Shown in pieces: positions 37,205 through 49,900 of a stretch of 64,000 nt of DNA. A program made the position numbers and the translations under genes. How positions within the stretch are numbered: the first letter of the stretch is position 1; each line of letters opens with the position of its first letter. The stretch is taken from NCBI GenBank assembly GCA_964187785.1, contig OZ076409.1:57600001-57664000 (forward strand), written 5' to 3'. The notes under the pieces were generated by a model that was given only the letters and a program-made list of their open reading frames with translations, was not told the DNA's origin and did not search any database. This DNA comes from Amphiscolops sp. MND2022. Its lineage: Eukaryota.

Positions 37205-37400
37205 ACAAACAGATTGTGCTCATGGAGCAGCAACTCAGAATTTGCGTAATAAAGTTATAACTTTTATACGCAAATTCTGAGTCGCTGCTCCATGAGCACA
37301 AGCTGTTTGTATTTGGGCGCTGAATTAACGCGACGAACTCGTCCCATGCATATATGCAAGGGAGGACTTCGTCGCGTTAATTCAGCGCCCAATTACAAAC
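37205..37400. repeat. Two abutting imperfect palindromes (37205-37310 and 37305-37400)
   Basis: Centres AAGTTATAACTT (37257/37258) and TGCATATATGCA (37352/37353). Confidence 0.9.
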
Positions 37401-37859
37401 TCATTTAATATTCTAATAGACAATCAGAAGAGAGCTCTAGTATTTGTTGTGTTGAGAATTCTTTCCAAAACGAAACAGGAAACTGAACTAGAACTTGTTC
37501 AAACGTTTCACGCTTCGATTGAAAGACGTTGAACTGAAGAACTGAAACTGTTAATGAGCTTTCTTTGTGTTGTTATTTCGAATTGACTAAAGACTACTGT
37601 TATTGAAAGTTTCTGTTATTGAAAATTTATGTTACCGAAAGAATTGAAATTATCAAACAGGATAATCTTTTCGATACGTTTGACGTTTCGAAACATGGCG
37701 CTCCTGGTTTGATAAAATTTGAAAAAAACACCACCTCGAGACTTTGAAATTGGGGAAATACTGAATTGAAGAGTTTAAAACGTGACAAAAACAGTGCCAC
37801 GAAAAAAGAAACAGTGCAAAAAAAAGGAACAAAAAAAATCAGAAAAACACTCCGGAAAA

Positions 37860-40800
37860 TGAATAATTCAGTGAAAAGAATTAAAAGTAAGGAACAGGGT
37901 CACATGAATGTGATTGAAAAGTTGGTTAAAGATGCGGAGACGTTAATATCAGATACGGAAGATTTTTCGCAGAAAAAGTTTTCGCGGTTGCGGGCAATGA
38001 AGAAAAAACTTGGGGATTCGCGGTTAGCGATGGAAAAATTTGATAGGGAATTGGACGAGGCGTTCGCCGAAGAGGAAGAAGTTGATGAATCAGCGGTGAC
38101 AGAAAACGTTGAAAAATGTCAGGCGGCATTAATGCTACTCGAGGAGTGCATTTGCGCTATTGAATTTTTTGAAGAAGACTTTGCCAAAGAGAAGGCTCTT
38201 GCGTTACAAGTAGGAAGCAGCAGAAGCTATGAAAATCCTAACGCCGAAGAAGTTGTTGATTTGAGTACAGGAAAAAGGGCGTTTGAGGAAACAAGATTGG
38301 ACGAGGAATCAGGTTTCGATGCTGGTGTCATACGGCATACGGACACAAGAGCAACAACGGGTTCTGCATTGAGGCAAACTGATGTTATCCGGTCGGGAAG
38401 AACCGTCGGCTTCAACGTAGAAAACCTAACGTCTCCTTCGCGGTATCGTGACGGCAATCCTGTGGCTGAAAGGGACGAGGTACTACGTTTTGGGTCAGGA
38501 CAAGAGCCAAGCAGTGGCGACCAGTGGAGTAGCGCTGGTATAGGACGTTTCCCGACAAATACACAATGGGCTGAGCGCCAAGGGAGTATTTGGGACAACA
38601 GATCATTGCAGGAAAGCAGCAGATTTGAAACCGAAGAGAGTTTTCTTCCACACAACCTGTGGAGTCCATTGAATCAAATCCATGGTTCAGTTGGAGAAGG
38701 GGCAGGGAGAGTTGGACTTTCTGCAACTTCGAGCAGCGAAGTTCGAACTGTTGGTGCTGTCGGAGAAGGATTAGGTGATGGTAACAAAGCAGCCGGCGAT
38801 TTAAAAGATAGTGAAGAAAGAGACAAAGAGTCCTTGACGAAAGCAAATTCCACAGAATGCAGCGGTAAAACTGATGACAAAGTTTTGAGCGCTTTAAAAA
38901 CTGTCAGACTTCCTAAGGTGGACTTGCCAAAATTTGACGGTAACGTAGACGAATGGTTGAACTTTCGGGACTTTTTTGGGCACGCTGTACATGAAAACAA
39001 GTTTTTGTCCAAAATTGACAAGTTTACTTACCTGAAATCCAGCTTGTTGGGGAGAGCTGCGGAGACAATTTCGGGTCTTCCCATAACTAGCGCAAACTAC
39101 GACAGTGCGTGGCAGCTGCTAGAGAAGCAGTTTGGAGATAAGCAACGGCTTATTTCAAACTTCATGGATCGGTTGGTGAAACTACCTGCTGTTGCAGAAG
39201 GAAAGGATGTCGGTAGGCTTCGGAATTTTGTGGGACGAGTGGAGGTTATCATCAGAGGTCTTTAATCTTTGTCAGTGGATCAAAGTACTTTTGGGTCTGT
39301 GTTAATTCCAATTCTGTTAGGCAAGTTACCGGAGGACATAAAGTTACAGGTAACTAGATTGATTTCGTCGGAGATTTGGAATTTGAAGGAGCTGTTAGAG
39401 CTTCTTAGCAAGGAGGTTGAGGCTAGGGAGAAGTGTGCCTTCTCGGTACAGAGAGCAGCAGGTGGTAATAAGCCTGCTCTAGATAGAGGTGACTCAGATG
39501 GTACAGCAGGTTCATTTGTGGCTAAACTGCAAGTTAAAGGATGCGTCTTCTGCAATGGAAACCATACTAGTCATAAATGTTCGATGATTCAGACGCCCAA
39601 GGAACGGAAAAGGTATTTGATAGAGAAAGGAAGATGCTTCAAGTGCCTCCAGGGAGGTCACATGTCGAAAACGTGTCAGGTTAAGGGTTGTTTCAGGTGC
39701 GGCAAGGAACACCACCAAGCGATTTGCTTCAAGTCAGTACCAACAACAGGAGCAAGCGGCAACATGTTCAACAGTAATCGGAATGCAGCGAGGGCTGGAA
39801 ACCAGCATCAGTGGAAGCAGCAGAACTATAACCAAGAACAGAACTCGCTGAACTCGTTTCATCCACCGGGGAATGTATCACAAGGCGATACGGGCCGCAA
39901 ATTGAATCGGGTTCATAACTATCAAAACAACAATCGTCCAGTGGGAGATGATAAGCCTAGTCATGGCGAAGAAAGTTCTTCAGGAGGAAACAAGACAGAT
40001 TCAACGTCAGTTTCACTTTGTTCTTCTAGCAGATGTCTGGTATTGCTGGAAACGGCGGTCACGACGATTTCAAACGGTTTAGGCGAAAGTTGCAAGGGAA
40101 GAATTCTTCTTGACAAATGTTCGCAGCAGTCGTACATCACAGAAGAGTTCGCCGCAAGATGTGGCTTAGAAGCCGTTGGTCAAAAGTCTTTTTCTTTGAA
40201 CGCATTCGGGTCTGATAAAACAGAAGAAAGCCAACGATGGGTTTACAGAGCGTGCATACAAACTCTTTGGGGAAAAGTTTTCGTGAATTTAGTGGGGATG
40301 CAGACCATATGTTCGCCTCTGCTGAACCCGTGTAACATCCAGGCAATAAAGGGGCAGCATAAGTATTTGAGCAATCTTCAGTTGGCTGAAGACTTCAGGG
40401 AGGACATTTCAGGTTCTTTGTCGGTCCACATTCTTATCGGGTCAGACTTGTACTACCAGTTTGTCACCTCAGATGTCATTGTGGGTGGCTTCGGTAAGAA
40501 ACTGAGTGCAGTGAGCAGCAAGTTCGGTTGGGTATTGTCTGGACCTATAACATGCGGTGAAGGTAGCAGCGATAGCTCAGTTGGAACTTTTGTTTGCTCC
40601 GTTCGGGGAAAAGACACTTTGTCGGAAAAAGTTGAATCGTTTTGGGGATTTGAAAGTTTAGGTATAGGTGTCGGAGAAGATCCAATTCTTGCGAATTTCG
40701 AAGAGTCAGTGAAGTACAATGGAGAACGGTACGTGGCAAAACTCCCTTGGAACGACAACAAACAGTTCTTGCGGGACCACAGGAGCTTGGCTACAGCAAG

Positions 40801-41519
40801 GTTGGAGTCAACAACCCGAAGTGCTATTAACAAAGGAAGGCTGAAAGAATACGACGAGGTCTTGAAGGATCAGGTTAAGGCGGGAATTTTGGAAGAAGTT
40901 CCAGATAATGAGGTAAGGTCAGAAAAGTTCTGTCATTATACCCCGCATCACGCGGTCATCAGAGAGGACAAGGCGACTACCAAAATGAGAGTTGTTTTAG
41001 ATGGTGCAGCCAGATCGGCGAAGTTTGACTATTCAATTAACGATTGTCTGTCCAAAGGACCGAATTTGCTGGTTTCATTGTTCGAGATTCTCTCGCGGTT
41101 TCGGTTATTCCAGGTTACAGTGTTAGCGGATATTGAAAAAGCGTTCCTACAAGTGTGCATTGATCAGGATGACATAGATTCTTTGAGGATTCTCTGGTAT
41201 GATGATGCACTCCAGTCAACAAGAAATGTAAGAGTTTTTAGATATTTGAGGGTGGTTTTTGGGTTTGTCTGTAGTCCATTCCTCTTGAATGCTACAATCA
41301 GGGTGCATTTGAAAAGATGGTTGGAGCAAGCAGTTACAGAGGAGGACCGCTGTGGTTTGAAAAGACTTCTGGAAAGTTTTTATGTCGACGATTTGACATT
41401 GAGTGTACCTTCAGACAACGAAGCTGAAAAGTTGGTGTCCATATCTGTGAACGTTATGAAGGATGCAGGGATGAGCTTGCGAAAATGGGTAACCAACAGC
41501 TCAGGGGTTTACAACAGAC
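37860..41519 (+). pseudogene. BEL/Pao gag-protease-RT with premature stop at 39263-39265
   Basis: LPKVDLPKFDG...KFTYLKSSL Gag region, three Cys/His knuckles, protease ILLDKCSQQSYI, RT ADIEKAFLQV and FYVDD. Confidence 0.9.
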
Positions 41520-43119
41520 TGGCTGAAAGGGACGAGGTACTACGTTTTGGGTCAGGACAAGAGCCAAGCAGTGGCGACCAGTGGAGTAGCGCTGGTATAG
41601 GACGTTTCCCGACAAATACACAATGGGCTGAGCGCCAAGGGAGTATTTGGGACAACAGATCATTGCAGGAAAGCAGCAGATTTGAAACCGAAGAGAGTTT
41701 TCTTCCACACAACCTGTGGAGTCCATTGAATCAAATCCATGGTTCAGTTGGAGAAGGGGCAGGGAGAGTTGGACTTTCTGCAACTTCGAGCAGCGAAGTT
41801 CGAACTGTTGGTGCTGTCGGAGAAGGATTAGGTGATGGTAACAAAGCAGCCGGCGATTTAAAAGATAGTGAAGAAAGAGACAAAGAGTCCTTGACGAAAG
41901 CAAATTCCACAGAATGCAGCGGTAAAACTGATGACAAAGTTTTGAGCGCTTTAAAAACTGTCAGACTTCCTAAGGTGGACTTGCCAAAATTTGGCGGTAA
42001 CGTAGACGAATGGTTGAACTTTCGGGACTTTTTTGGGCACGCTGTACATGAAAACAAGTTTTTGTCCAAAATTGACAAGTTCACTTACCTGAAATCCAGC
42101 TTGTTGGGGAGAGCTGCGGAGACAATTTCGGGTCTTCCCATAACTAGCGCAAACTACGACAGTGCGTGGCAGCTGCTAGAGAAGCAGTTTGGAGATAAGC
42201 AACGGCTTATTTCAAACTTCATGGATCGGTTGGTGAAACTACCTGCTGTTGCAGAAGGAAAGGATGTCGGTAGGCTTCGGAGTTTTGTGGGACGAGTGGA
42301 GGTTATCATCAGAGGTCTTCAATCTTTGTCAGTGGATCAAAGTACTTTTGGGTCTCTGTTAATTCCAATTCTGTTAGGCAAGTTACCGGAGGACATAAAG
42401 TTACAGGTAACTAGATTGATTTCGTCGGAGATTTGGAATTTGAAGGAGCTGTTAGAGCTTCTTAGCAAGGAGGTTGAGGCTAGGGAGAAGTGTGCCTTCT
42501 CGGTACAGAGAGCAGCAGGTGGTAATAAGCCTGCTCTAGATAGAGGTGACTCAGATGGTACAGCAGGTTCATTTGTGGCTAAACTGCAAGTTAAAGGATG
42601 CGTCTTCTGCAATGGAAACCATACTAGTCATAAATGTTCGATGATTCAGACGCCCAAGGAACGGAAAAGGTATTTGATAGAGAAAGGAAGATGCTTCAAG
42701 TGCCTCCAGGGAGGTCACATGTCGAAAACGTGTCAGGTTAAGGGTTGTTTCAGGTGCGGCAAGGAACACCACCAAGCGATTTGCTTCAAGTCAGTACCAA
42801 CAACAGGAGCAAGCGGCAACATGTTCAACAGTAATCGGAATGCAGCGAGGGCTGGAAACCAGCATCAGTGGAAGCAGCAGAACTATAACCAAGGACAGAA
42901 CTCGCTGAACTCGTTTCATCCACCGGGGAATGTATCACAAGGCGATACGGGCCGCAAATTGAATCGGGTTCATAACTATCAAAACAACAATCGTCCAGTG
43001 GGAGATGATAAGCCTAGTCATGGCGAAGAAAGTTCTTCAGGAGGAAACAAGACAGATTCAACGTCAGTTTCACTTTGTTCTTCTAGCAGATGTCTGGTAT
43101 TGCTGGAAACGGCGGTCAC
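41520..43119 (+). repeat. Internal 1600-bp duplicate of 38463-40062 (gag), fused in frame after RT
   Basis: Near-identical with ~6 substitutions; has CAA where the first copy has TAA. Confidence 0.95.
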
Positions 43120-43268
43120 AACAGTAGTCTTTAGTCAAATCCTCAAAGAATCTATGTCATCCTGATCAATGCACACTTGTAGGAACGCTTTTTCAATATC
43201 CGCTAACACTGTAACATGGAATAACCGAAACCGCAAGAGAATCTCGAACAATGAAACCAGCAAATTCG

Positions 43269-45294
43269 TTCAGATGAAAGGCAGATACAAAATCAATTTG
43301 CATGTTTTCGCGGACGCTTCCAAGAAAGCATGCGCTGTGGCGTGTTACGGTCAGACAGAAACGAACGGTCAGACATCAGTGTTTCTGATTGCATCCAAAA
43401 CCAAGGTGTGCGGATTGAAGGAGGTAGAGAAGATACCCAGACTAGAGCTAGTGGCGGCTCTTTTGGCAGCAAGGCTAGGCAAGAGTATAGGCAGCGCTTT
43501 AGGCGACGTGGTCGGGGCGACACATTGGTGGTCTGATTCGGTAATAGTTCTTTCGTGGATCAGAAGTCATATGCCTCACACAGGTCAATTCGTTCAGCGT
43601 AGGCTGAAGGAAATAAGGTTACTTTCGAACACAGCATCGTGGCATTACGTGCCATCGGATAGTAACCCAGCTGACATTCCTTCAAGAGGAATGCGGATAA
43701 AAGAGCTTAAGTACAGTCGACTGTGGTGGCAAGGTCCACAGTTTTTAAGAAGAGGAAAAGAACAATGGCCTTTGGATAAGGCAGGGGAACAACTCAAGGT
43801 GACAGCAGTAGCAACAAACATCGAAACGGAGAAAATGACAGGTGTTTTGATGGTGGTAGACTGTAGACGGTATAGTAGATACAGTAAACTGGTGAAGGTG
43901 GTAGAACAACTTCTCCATTTAGCGGAACTTTCGAGAAAAATGAGATTCAGGCAACGATTTTGGGAGGCTGAAAAGAGAATACTAGCGTCGCTACAACAGT
44001 TGCACTTTGCACAAGAGTTATCCCACTTGAAAACGTTTAAGGGGAAGGAGCTTTCAAGAATCAAGGAACTAAGGTTGTTCTTAAGTGGCGATGGGCTGAT
44101 ACGGTGCAACACAAGGCTTCATGAGGCAAAGTTCCTCTCATACGATGCGAAAAATCCGATACTTTTACCGGCGAGTAATCACTTGTCTGATTTGATCATA
44201 CAAAAGTATCATGAATTAGTGAAGCATGGATCGGAGCGGTGCACGGTCGCTGCACTCAGAGAACGGTTTTGTGTTATTCGGGCACGGCAGCAGGTTCGAC
44301 GTGTTCTGCAATCATGTCAATTTTGCAAGCGATATGCGAAGGTAGGATACAAGGTTCCTGACGAAGCGAACTTACCTGCGGAGAGGTTGTCTACTTCTCC
44401 GGCTTTTACGTACATTGGAATAGACTTCGCGGGTCCTTTGTACCTAAAGTATTTCGATCCGGACGTGGGAAGCAACAAGGCGTACATTTGTTTGATCACG
44501 TGCGCATCATCGCGAGCAGTTCACCTTGAGGTGACGCAAACCTTGTCAGTACCAAGTTTCATGAGGGCTTTCAAACGATTTGTAGCAAGGAGAGGTACTC
44601 CTACGGTAATCTTCTCAGACAACGGAAGAACATTCAAAGGAGCCAGTGAGGAGGTGAAAGAATTTGTGTCTTTCTTGTGTCAGGAGTTCGCACACCCTGG
44701 CGTGAAATGGAAATTTAGCGTGGAACTTGCTCCATGGTGGGAGGGTTCTGGGAACGCTTAGTCCGGTCGGTGAAGGAACCTCTTCGAAAAGTATTGGGTC
44801 GTCAAGTCATTGGGTATGACGAGTTAGTCACGACGGTTACAGAAGTTGAGGCGGTTGTTAATTGCAGACCTCTGGGTTACTTGTACTTGGACAGCCCATC
44901 AGATTGTTTACCGCTTACTCCAGCGCACTTGGTTAATGGGAGGGGACTATTGGGATCAGTAGTATCGATACCAGTTGAAGCGGCGCAGAATATTAACAGA
45001 CGTCAGCAGTTTTTAAAATCCTTGGTGGACTATTTTTGGACAATTTGGTCACGGGATTATCTTATTGAGTTACGCCAGCATCATACTAATATCAGCAACG
45101 ACAATTTGAACCCCAAAGTGAACGATATTGTTTTGCTACATGAAAAACGACCTCGACATTGCTGGCGAATTGGAAAAATTTCCAACTTGTTATTTGGGCG
45201 TGATGGTCAAGCCCGAGCTGCAGAAGTGGTCTCTGCTGGAAAGACTTTTCGCAGACCGATTCAATTGATTTCACCTCTCGAAGTTTATAAATGA
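43269..45294 (+). pseudogene. BEL/Pao RNase H-integrase with a frameshift near 44740
   Basis: Motifs LHVFADAS, IPRLEL, NPADIPSRG, HHCC, GIDFAGP, SDNG, APWW/GGFWERLV and C-terminal RRPIQLISPLE. Confidence 0.9.
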
Positions 45295-45761
45295 AAACAA
45301 AGTTAGGATTGAATCTATTTCATTACCATTTGTCTCAAAGGTGAAATCAATTGTGGTACGGTACATTTTCATCTCTACTTTCGAAACACCTCTCTCATTG
45401 CATCTCATTGCGTCGTCGGGAGGATGTTGAGAATTCTTTCCAAAACGAAACAGGAAACTGAACTAGAACTTGTTCAAACTTTTCACGCTTCGATTGAAAG
45501 ACGTTGAACTGAAGAACTGAAACTGTTAATGAGCTTTCTTTGTGTTGTTATTTCGAATTGACTAAAGACTACTGTTATTGAAAGTTTCTGTTATTGAAAA
45601 TTTATGTTACCGAAAGAATTGAAATTATCAAACAGGATAATCTTTTCGATACGTTTGACGTTTCGAAACAGTTGTTTACAATTTCGTGTGTGGCAGTATT
45701 TCAAAAAAACACAATCTTCAAATGCAGCAACAAAACTTTGAATGATTACAGCATCAGAGTA

Positions 45762-46921
45762 TTAGTATCTGGCATGACCGACACGTGCCTTCAAAACAGC
45801 GCTTGTTTTCATTGACATGCATGCAATAAAAGTTTGACATGCCTCAACTGATACCTTTTTCAATTCGCATTGCAGCAGTTCAGCCATTCTCCTAAAAGGT
45901 CGCAAGTATTGCTTTAACTTTTGCCATGGGTTTTCGATTGGATTCATATGCGACGACTGTGGTGTTTATCTGTTCTCATCTGATTATCTGTCAAAATCTA
46001 ACAATAAAGTCGATTATCCGTACGTTCTACTATCTTCCAAACCGATTCCTATTGACGTCATAAATCCCATTGCTTAACACTATCACGTCTGTATTTGAAC
46101 GTATCTTCCATTTGAAATTTTTGGTCGTTTCTAAATCCTTATCCTTCCGAATCAAACATGATCATTTTAGATTGGTTCGACCAAATCACGGGCTTTTAAT
46201 CAGTTGATGTCCAGTTAGCATACTTTTGTGCGAATTCCAATCTTTGTTTCTGGTGTTTTTTACTCAAACTAGACTTTTTCTTCTTTTAGGGTGCTTTTAA
46301 CCCATTATTTCTCAGTAATCACCAGATAATACTAAAGTGCAGCAGTGCTTCCCGTGTTGCTGAAAGCTCACGATCTGCATTAACAGCAATGTGTCAATCC
46401 TTCATGAAGATAGATCTACAGTAAAATTCTTTTTGTCATAAACAGTGATTTTTGAGAACAACCTGATAATGGCTTTGCGAACCCATTGAAATGCCCATTG
46501 CCCAAACGGGTCACCATCATATGGCTCACTGATGGCATGTTCTTGGAAATTTGCCCTGTGGATAATCCATCCGCTACATGCTTTAAAATATGTGTCTCTG
46601 TTGCAGCGAGTACAATTTTAATTAAGGAAACTGGTGAATAGAAACTATGGGTAACGATCAAAAGAAAACTAATAAAATTCAAACATTTGAAGTAATTTAA
46701 TAATTACATAGAGTTTTTTGTGCAAAAGCACATACGAAGTTGTAATGATAAATGGTTCATGAAGAAGTGTTTTTCTAGAAAAGGCTGGAGTGAGATAATC
46801 CTCCTGTAATTAAAAATAATCTGGAACATCGTAATTTTGAACAAGAGAGGTTGTATTAATTGGAATAAAATTCCGAGGTCTTGATTTTGCTACCTTTTTG
46901 TTACAATTTCGTGAGTCACTG
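45762..46921 (-). mobile_element. Degraded Tc1/mariner element
   Basis: SHMNPIENPW (SPDLNPIENLW-like), AVLKARVGHARY C-terminus and HTH-like N-terminus. TIR CAGTGACTCACGAAATTGTAA flanked by TA at 46922-46923. The 5' part is repeated at 50985-51540. Confidence 0.8.
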
Positions 46922-49900
46922 TATTTTCTTAAACCACTGGACTAAGCATGATCAAGCGTGGCAAGCATGAAATTTACGTGATCATGTGATGAAATGTACG
47001 GGACATTAATTCCGATAGTTTTCTCAGGTGTTTTCATTAACAACAAAACGAACGATTCTATAATGAAGTTTAGTTGTTACTTCAATTTTTTCTATTTTCT
47101 CAAAAAAAATAAGTTTGTCATTTATTGTTCGAGACAATAATTTTCAAAGCTTGAAACGGAGTCCTAAAACAAGATTATTTCGGTAACTTGTTTTTCCCGA
47201 AAATGGTGTATGAAGAAGTGTGTTGCCAGAGAAAGGCGAGAGTGAAATAATCCTCCGGTAAATGAAAATAATACGGATAATGTAGAAGTAACTTTAGAAA
47301 TCGTCATTTTGAACAACGTAGGTTGTATTACGAAAAAAATCCAAAGTCTCGATTTTGCTACTTTTGATGCATTTTTCGAAAAAGCATCAAAAGTTTTGTT
47401 TTCAAGTTGTCCAATGCCTTCCTACATGTGTCTTTGACTGAATGTCGAATGTTGGTGAAAAATACTTGCAGAATTCGAACCAAATTTAAATTCAAATTTC
47501 CACAAAAGGAAATTCAAATTATCTTTCTCATGAAGCATTCAAACAAAATTGGCTGGATTTTTTATAAAATATTTCGATGCAGAATGCGGCATTCAAATTG
47601 CGTTCCATGTTGAGTTTGGAAAACTTGAAATTTTGTCAGTAAAAATGCAGTTGCAGGACCTTTGAAATGTTGATACAGCTTATCCATAATAAACCATTAT
47701 GGATTATATAAAATTGTAAAAGGTTCTTGAATTTTCTTGAACCTGATATGGATGGTTGAAAAGTACTCTTGAAAATTTTTGTATGATTATACATAATCCC
47801 CCAATGAGTAGAATAATCATAAGAAAAAGTTCAATTCTTTGGCACTGTAGTTCACGTCAAAGGTTGAAAGATGATTCTAAGATACTCGAACACAATTGAC
47901 CAACATTTCAACGTAATGAAACTCAATATTTTTCAATTAATTTCCAGGAATGGTTAATGGATGGTTCATGGATGATCCGCGGATGGTCAGTGGTGGTACA
48001 TAGATGAATTCAGAGTAGGCCTTGTAAGTTTTGGGCGTTTTCGAGAGTTTTTTAATTTTTGGTTCAAATTTCTCAAATTTTCATATTTAATTGCCATCAG
48101 TCCTTCACAGGCCTTGCATAAAATTTACGAGGACTCCCAATATAAGTACAAAATTTAACAAAATCATGAAGTTACCAGCAGTTAAGCGACGGGCTAAATT
48201 TGCGACTGATTTGGATTAACCTCGTTAGTTGGGTGATGACAACGATTTTTTTCACAATCAATGAAATTTACGAAAAGCAAAAAGCATATAGGAAAACGAA
48301 AGTTTGTCTTTTTTATCAACAATCTATTGGACTGTTTGGGGCAAGTTGATATTTGTGTCAATATAGTTTGTTTTTGAACCACCGGCAAAAAAGTAACAGG
48401 AAAAAAGTGAAAATTTGTAAAAAAAAATACTTTTCAGAAAATTAGCTTTTTCTCAATAACAGCAACTGTTTGCTAAGTTACTGTCACACTCTAGTAACAC
48501 GGTTTACCAATGAAAAAGCATATAGAAGTTTTTCGATGAAGCTTCAGCTAAGAGTTCGACCGGCATTTGAAAGGCCCGGCAAAAACCGATTTGAGCTGTG
48601 GCTATTATTGGTAGAGAAATTAAGCATCTAAAAATGTTGCCAGTTTTTGTCAATTTTTTGCCTTCTCGGTGTGCTGACGAGGTTAGGTTTCTCCAATCAC
48701 ATTAAAAAGTTGTGACAATAAGGTATATGCATTCCATTAACGAAGATTTACTCAAGACTTTGGTATCTGGCATAAACAGTGGTACTTGAGTTTCAAGGCT
48801 ATTCCCATACTACTGAAAATCTTGAAATAACATGTAAAAAAGAATGCCTCCTAATTATAATGATCACATGTAGTAGAAATTAATTGCATTCTTTTCCCCG
48901 GGAGAAATAAACACAAAGTAGCAATGCAATTTTCATTTTGGGTCTCGGTGAAGTAATTAAATGAGAATCAGAAACTAATTCACAGCCTCAAATTTCCTAT
49001 CAAGGACGCTTATCTTTCTGCTGTCATAAAATTGTTGAAGGCAATTGAAAAGTAATTCCATCATCCGTAACTTATGAGTTTCTCGGAAGTTCTTTGTCCC
49101 AGTGAAGTACTCAAACTCAGGAGTGTCAGTCTGGAATATAGCAGTGCTGCTGATTTTCGATGTAGATTAGTATCACATATCTAACTTATAGATATCTATA
49201 TATCCTATGGAAAAATTCATATCTTGTTGTCTGTCAGATTCCTTAGTTGAAACTCGACAACAAATACAACACAGTGTTCTCTGGAATTAAGCAATTTTAG
49301 TTCCCTATGTTGCTAAGGCAAACTTTAACAAACCTTCTACAAAATGTTTTTAACAGTTACTTGTAGCAGTATCATTTTTGGTATTTCAAAAAGTTCTGCC
49401 AAGATTTTTGAAAAATGATGACCGTTTCCATGTCAAGGGATTGTTGGGAACTTAAGTCGGTATCCACATGCTACCAGCAAGGGGCCTTGCGTTCGAACCT
49501 TGCTTTCGCAATCTTTCCTTTCCTGTTGTCAAATAAACTATTCTTGAGAGTGCTCTGTCTGACAGACAAAACGTTATTTCGAACATGGCGTATAGTTTTT
49601 TGAATTCTCTAAATATTTCCAGTTTATGCTCAACGCATTTTCTAATACAACAGATTTCTAATGCGGATATAACTTATATTATTTGCATATTGTATTTTTT
49701 GCATTATTTCCGGCTTTTTGGTTTTGATGTATTATCATTACAGAGAATACCTACTCAATAACTAATTTGTTATGGAATCGCATGGAATCAAATGGTGCCA
49801 TGGGCGAAACCCTTCGAAAAAGCACATAGACTACATAAAATCTCAATTTCAGCCTCACAAAAATGGAACACAAAAGAATGGAAAGTAATAAAAAAGTAAA

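Larger units (their letters stand above)
37450..45670 (+). mobile_element. BEL/Pao LTR retrotransposon, rearranged and defective
   Basis: 246-bp LTRs at 37450-37695 and 45425-45670 (1 mismatch seen). GTTG flanks both ends. PBS TGGCGCTCCTG at 37696. Short PPT GGGAGGA at 45418-45424. BEL-type Gag, protease, RT, RNase H and integrase motifs. Confidence 0.95.

Noticed and set aside
39269..43165. 1298-aa ORF as a novel Gag-RT-Gag protein
   Set aside because: Product of an internal duplication downstream of a premature stop; RT is cut off from RNase H.
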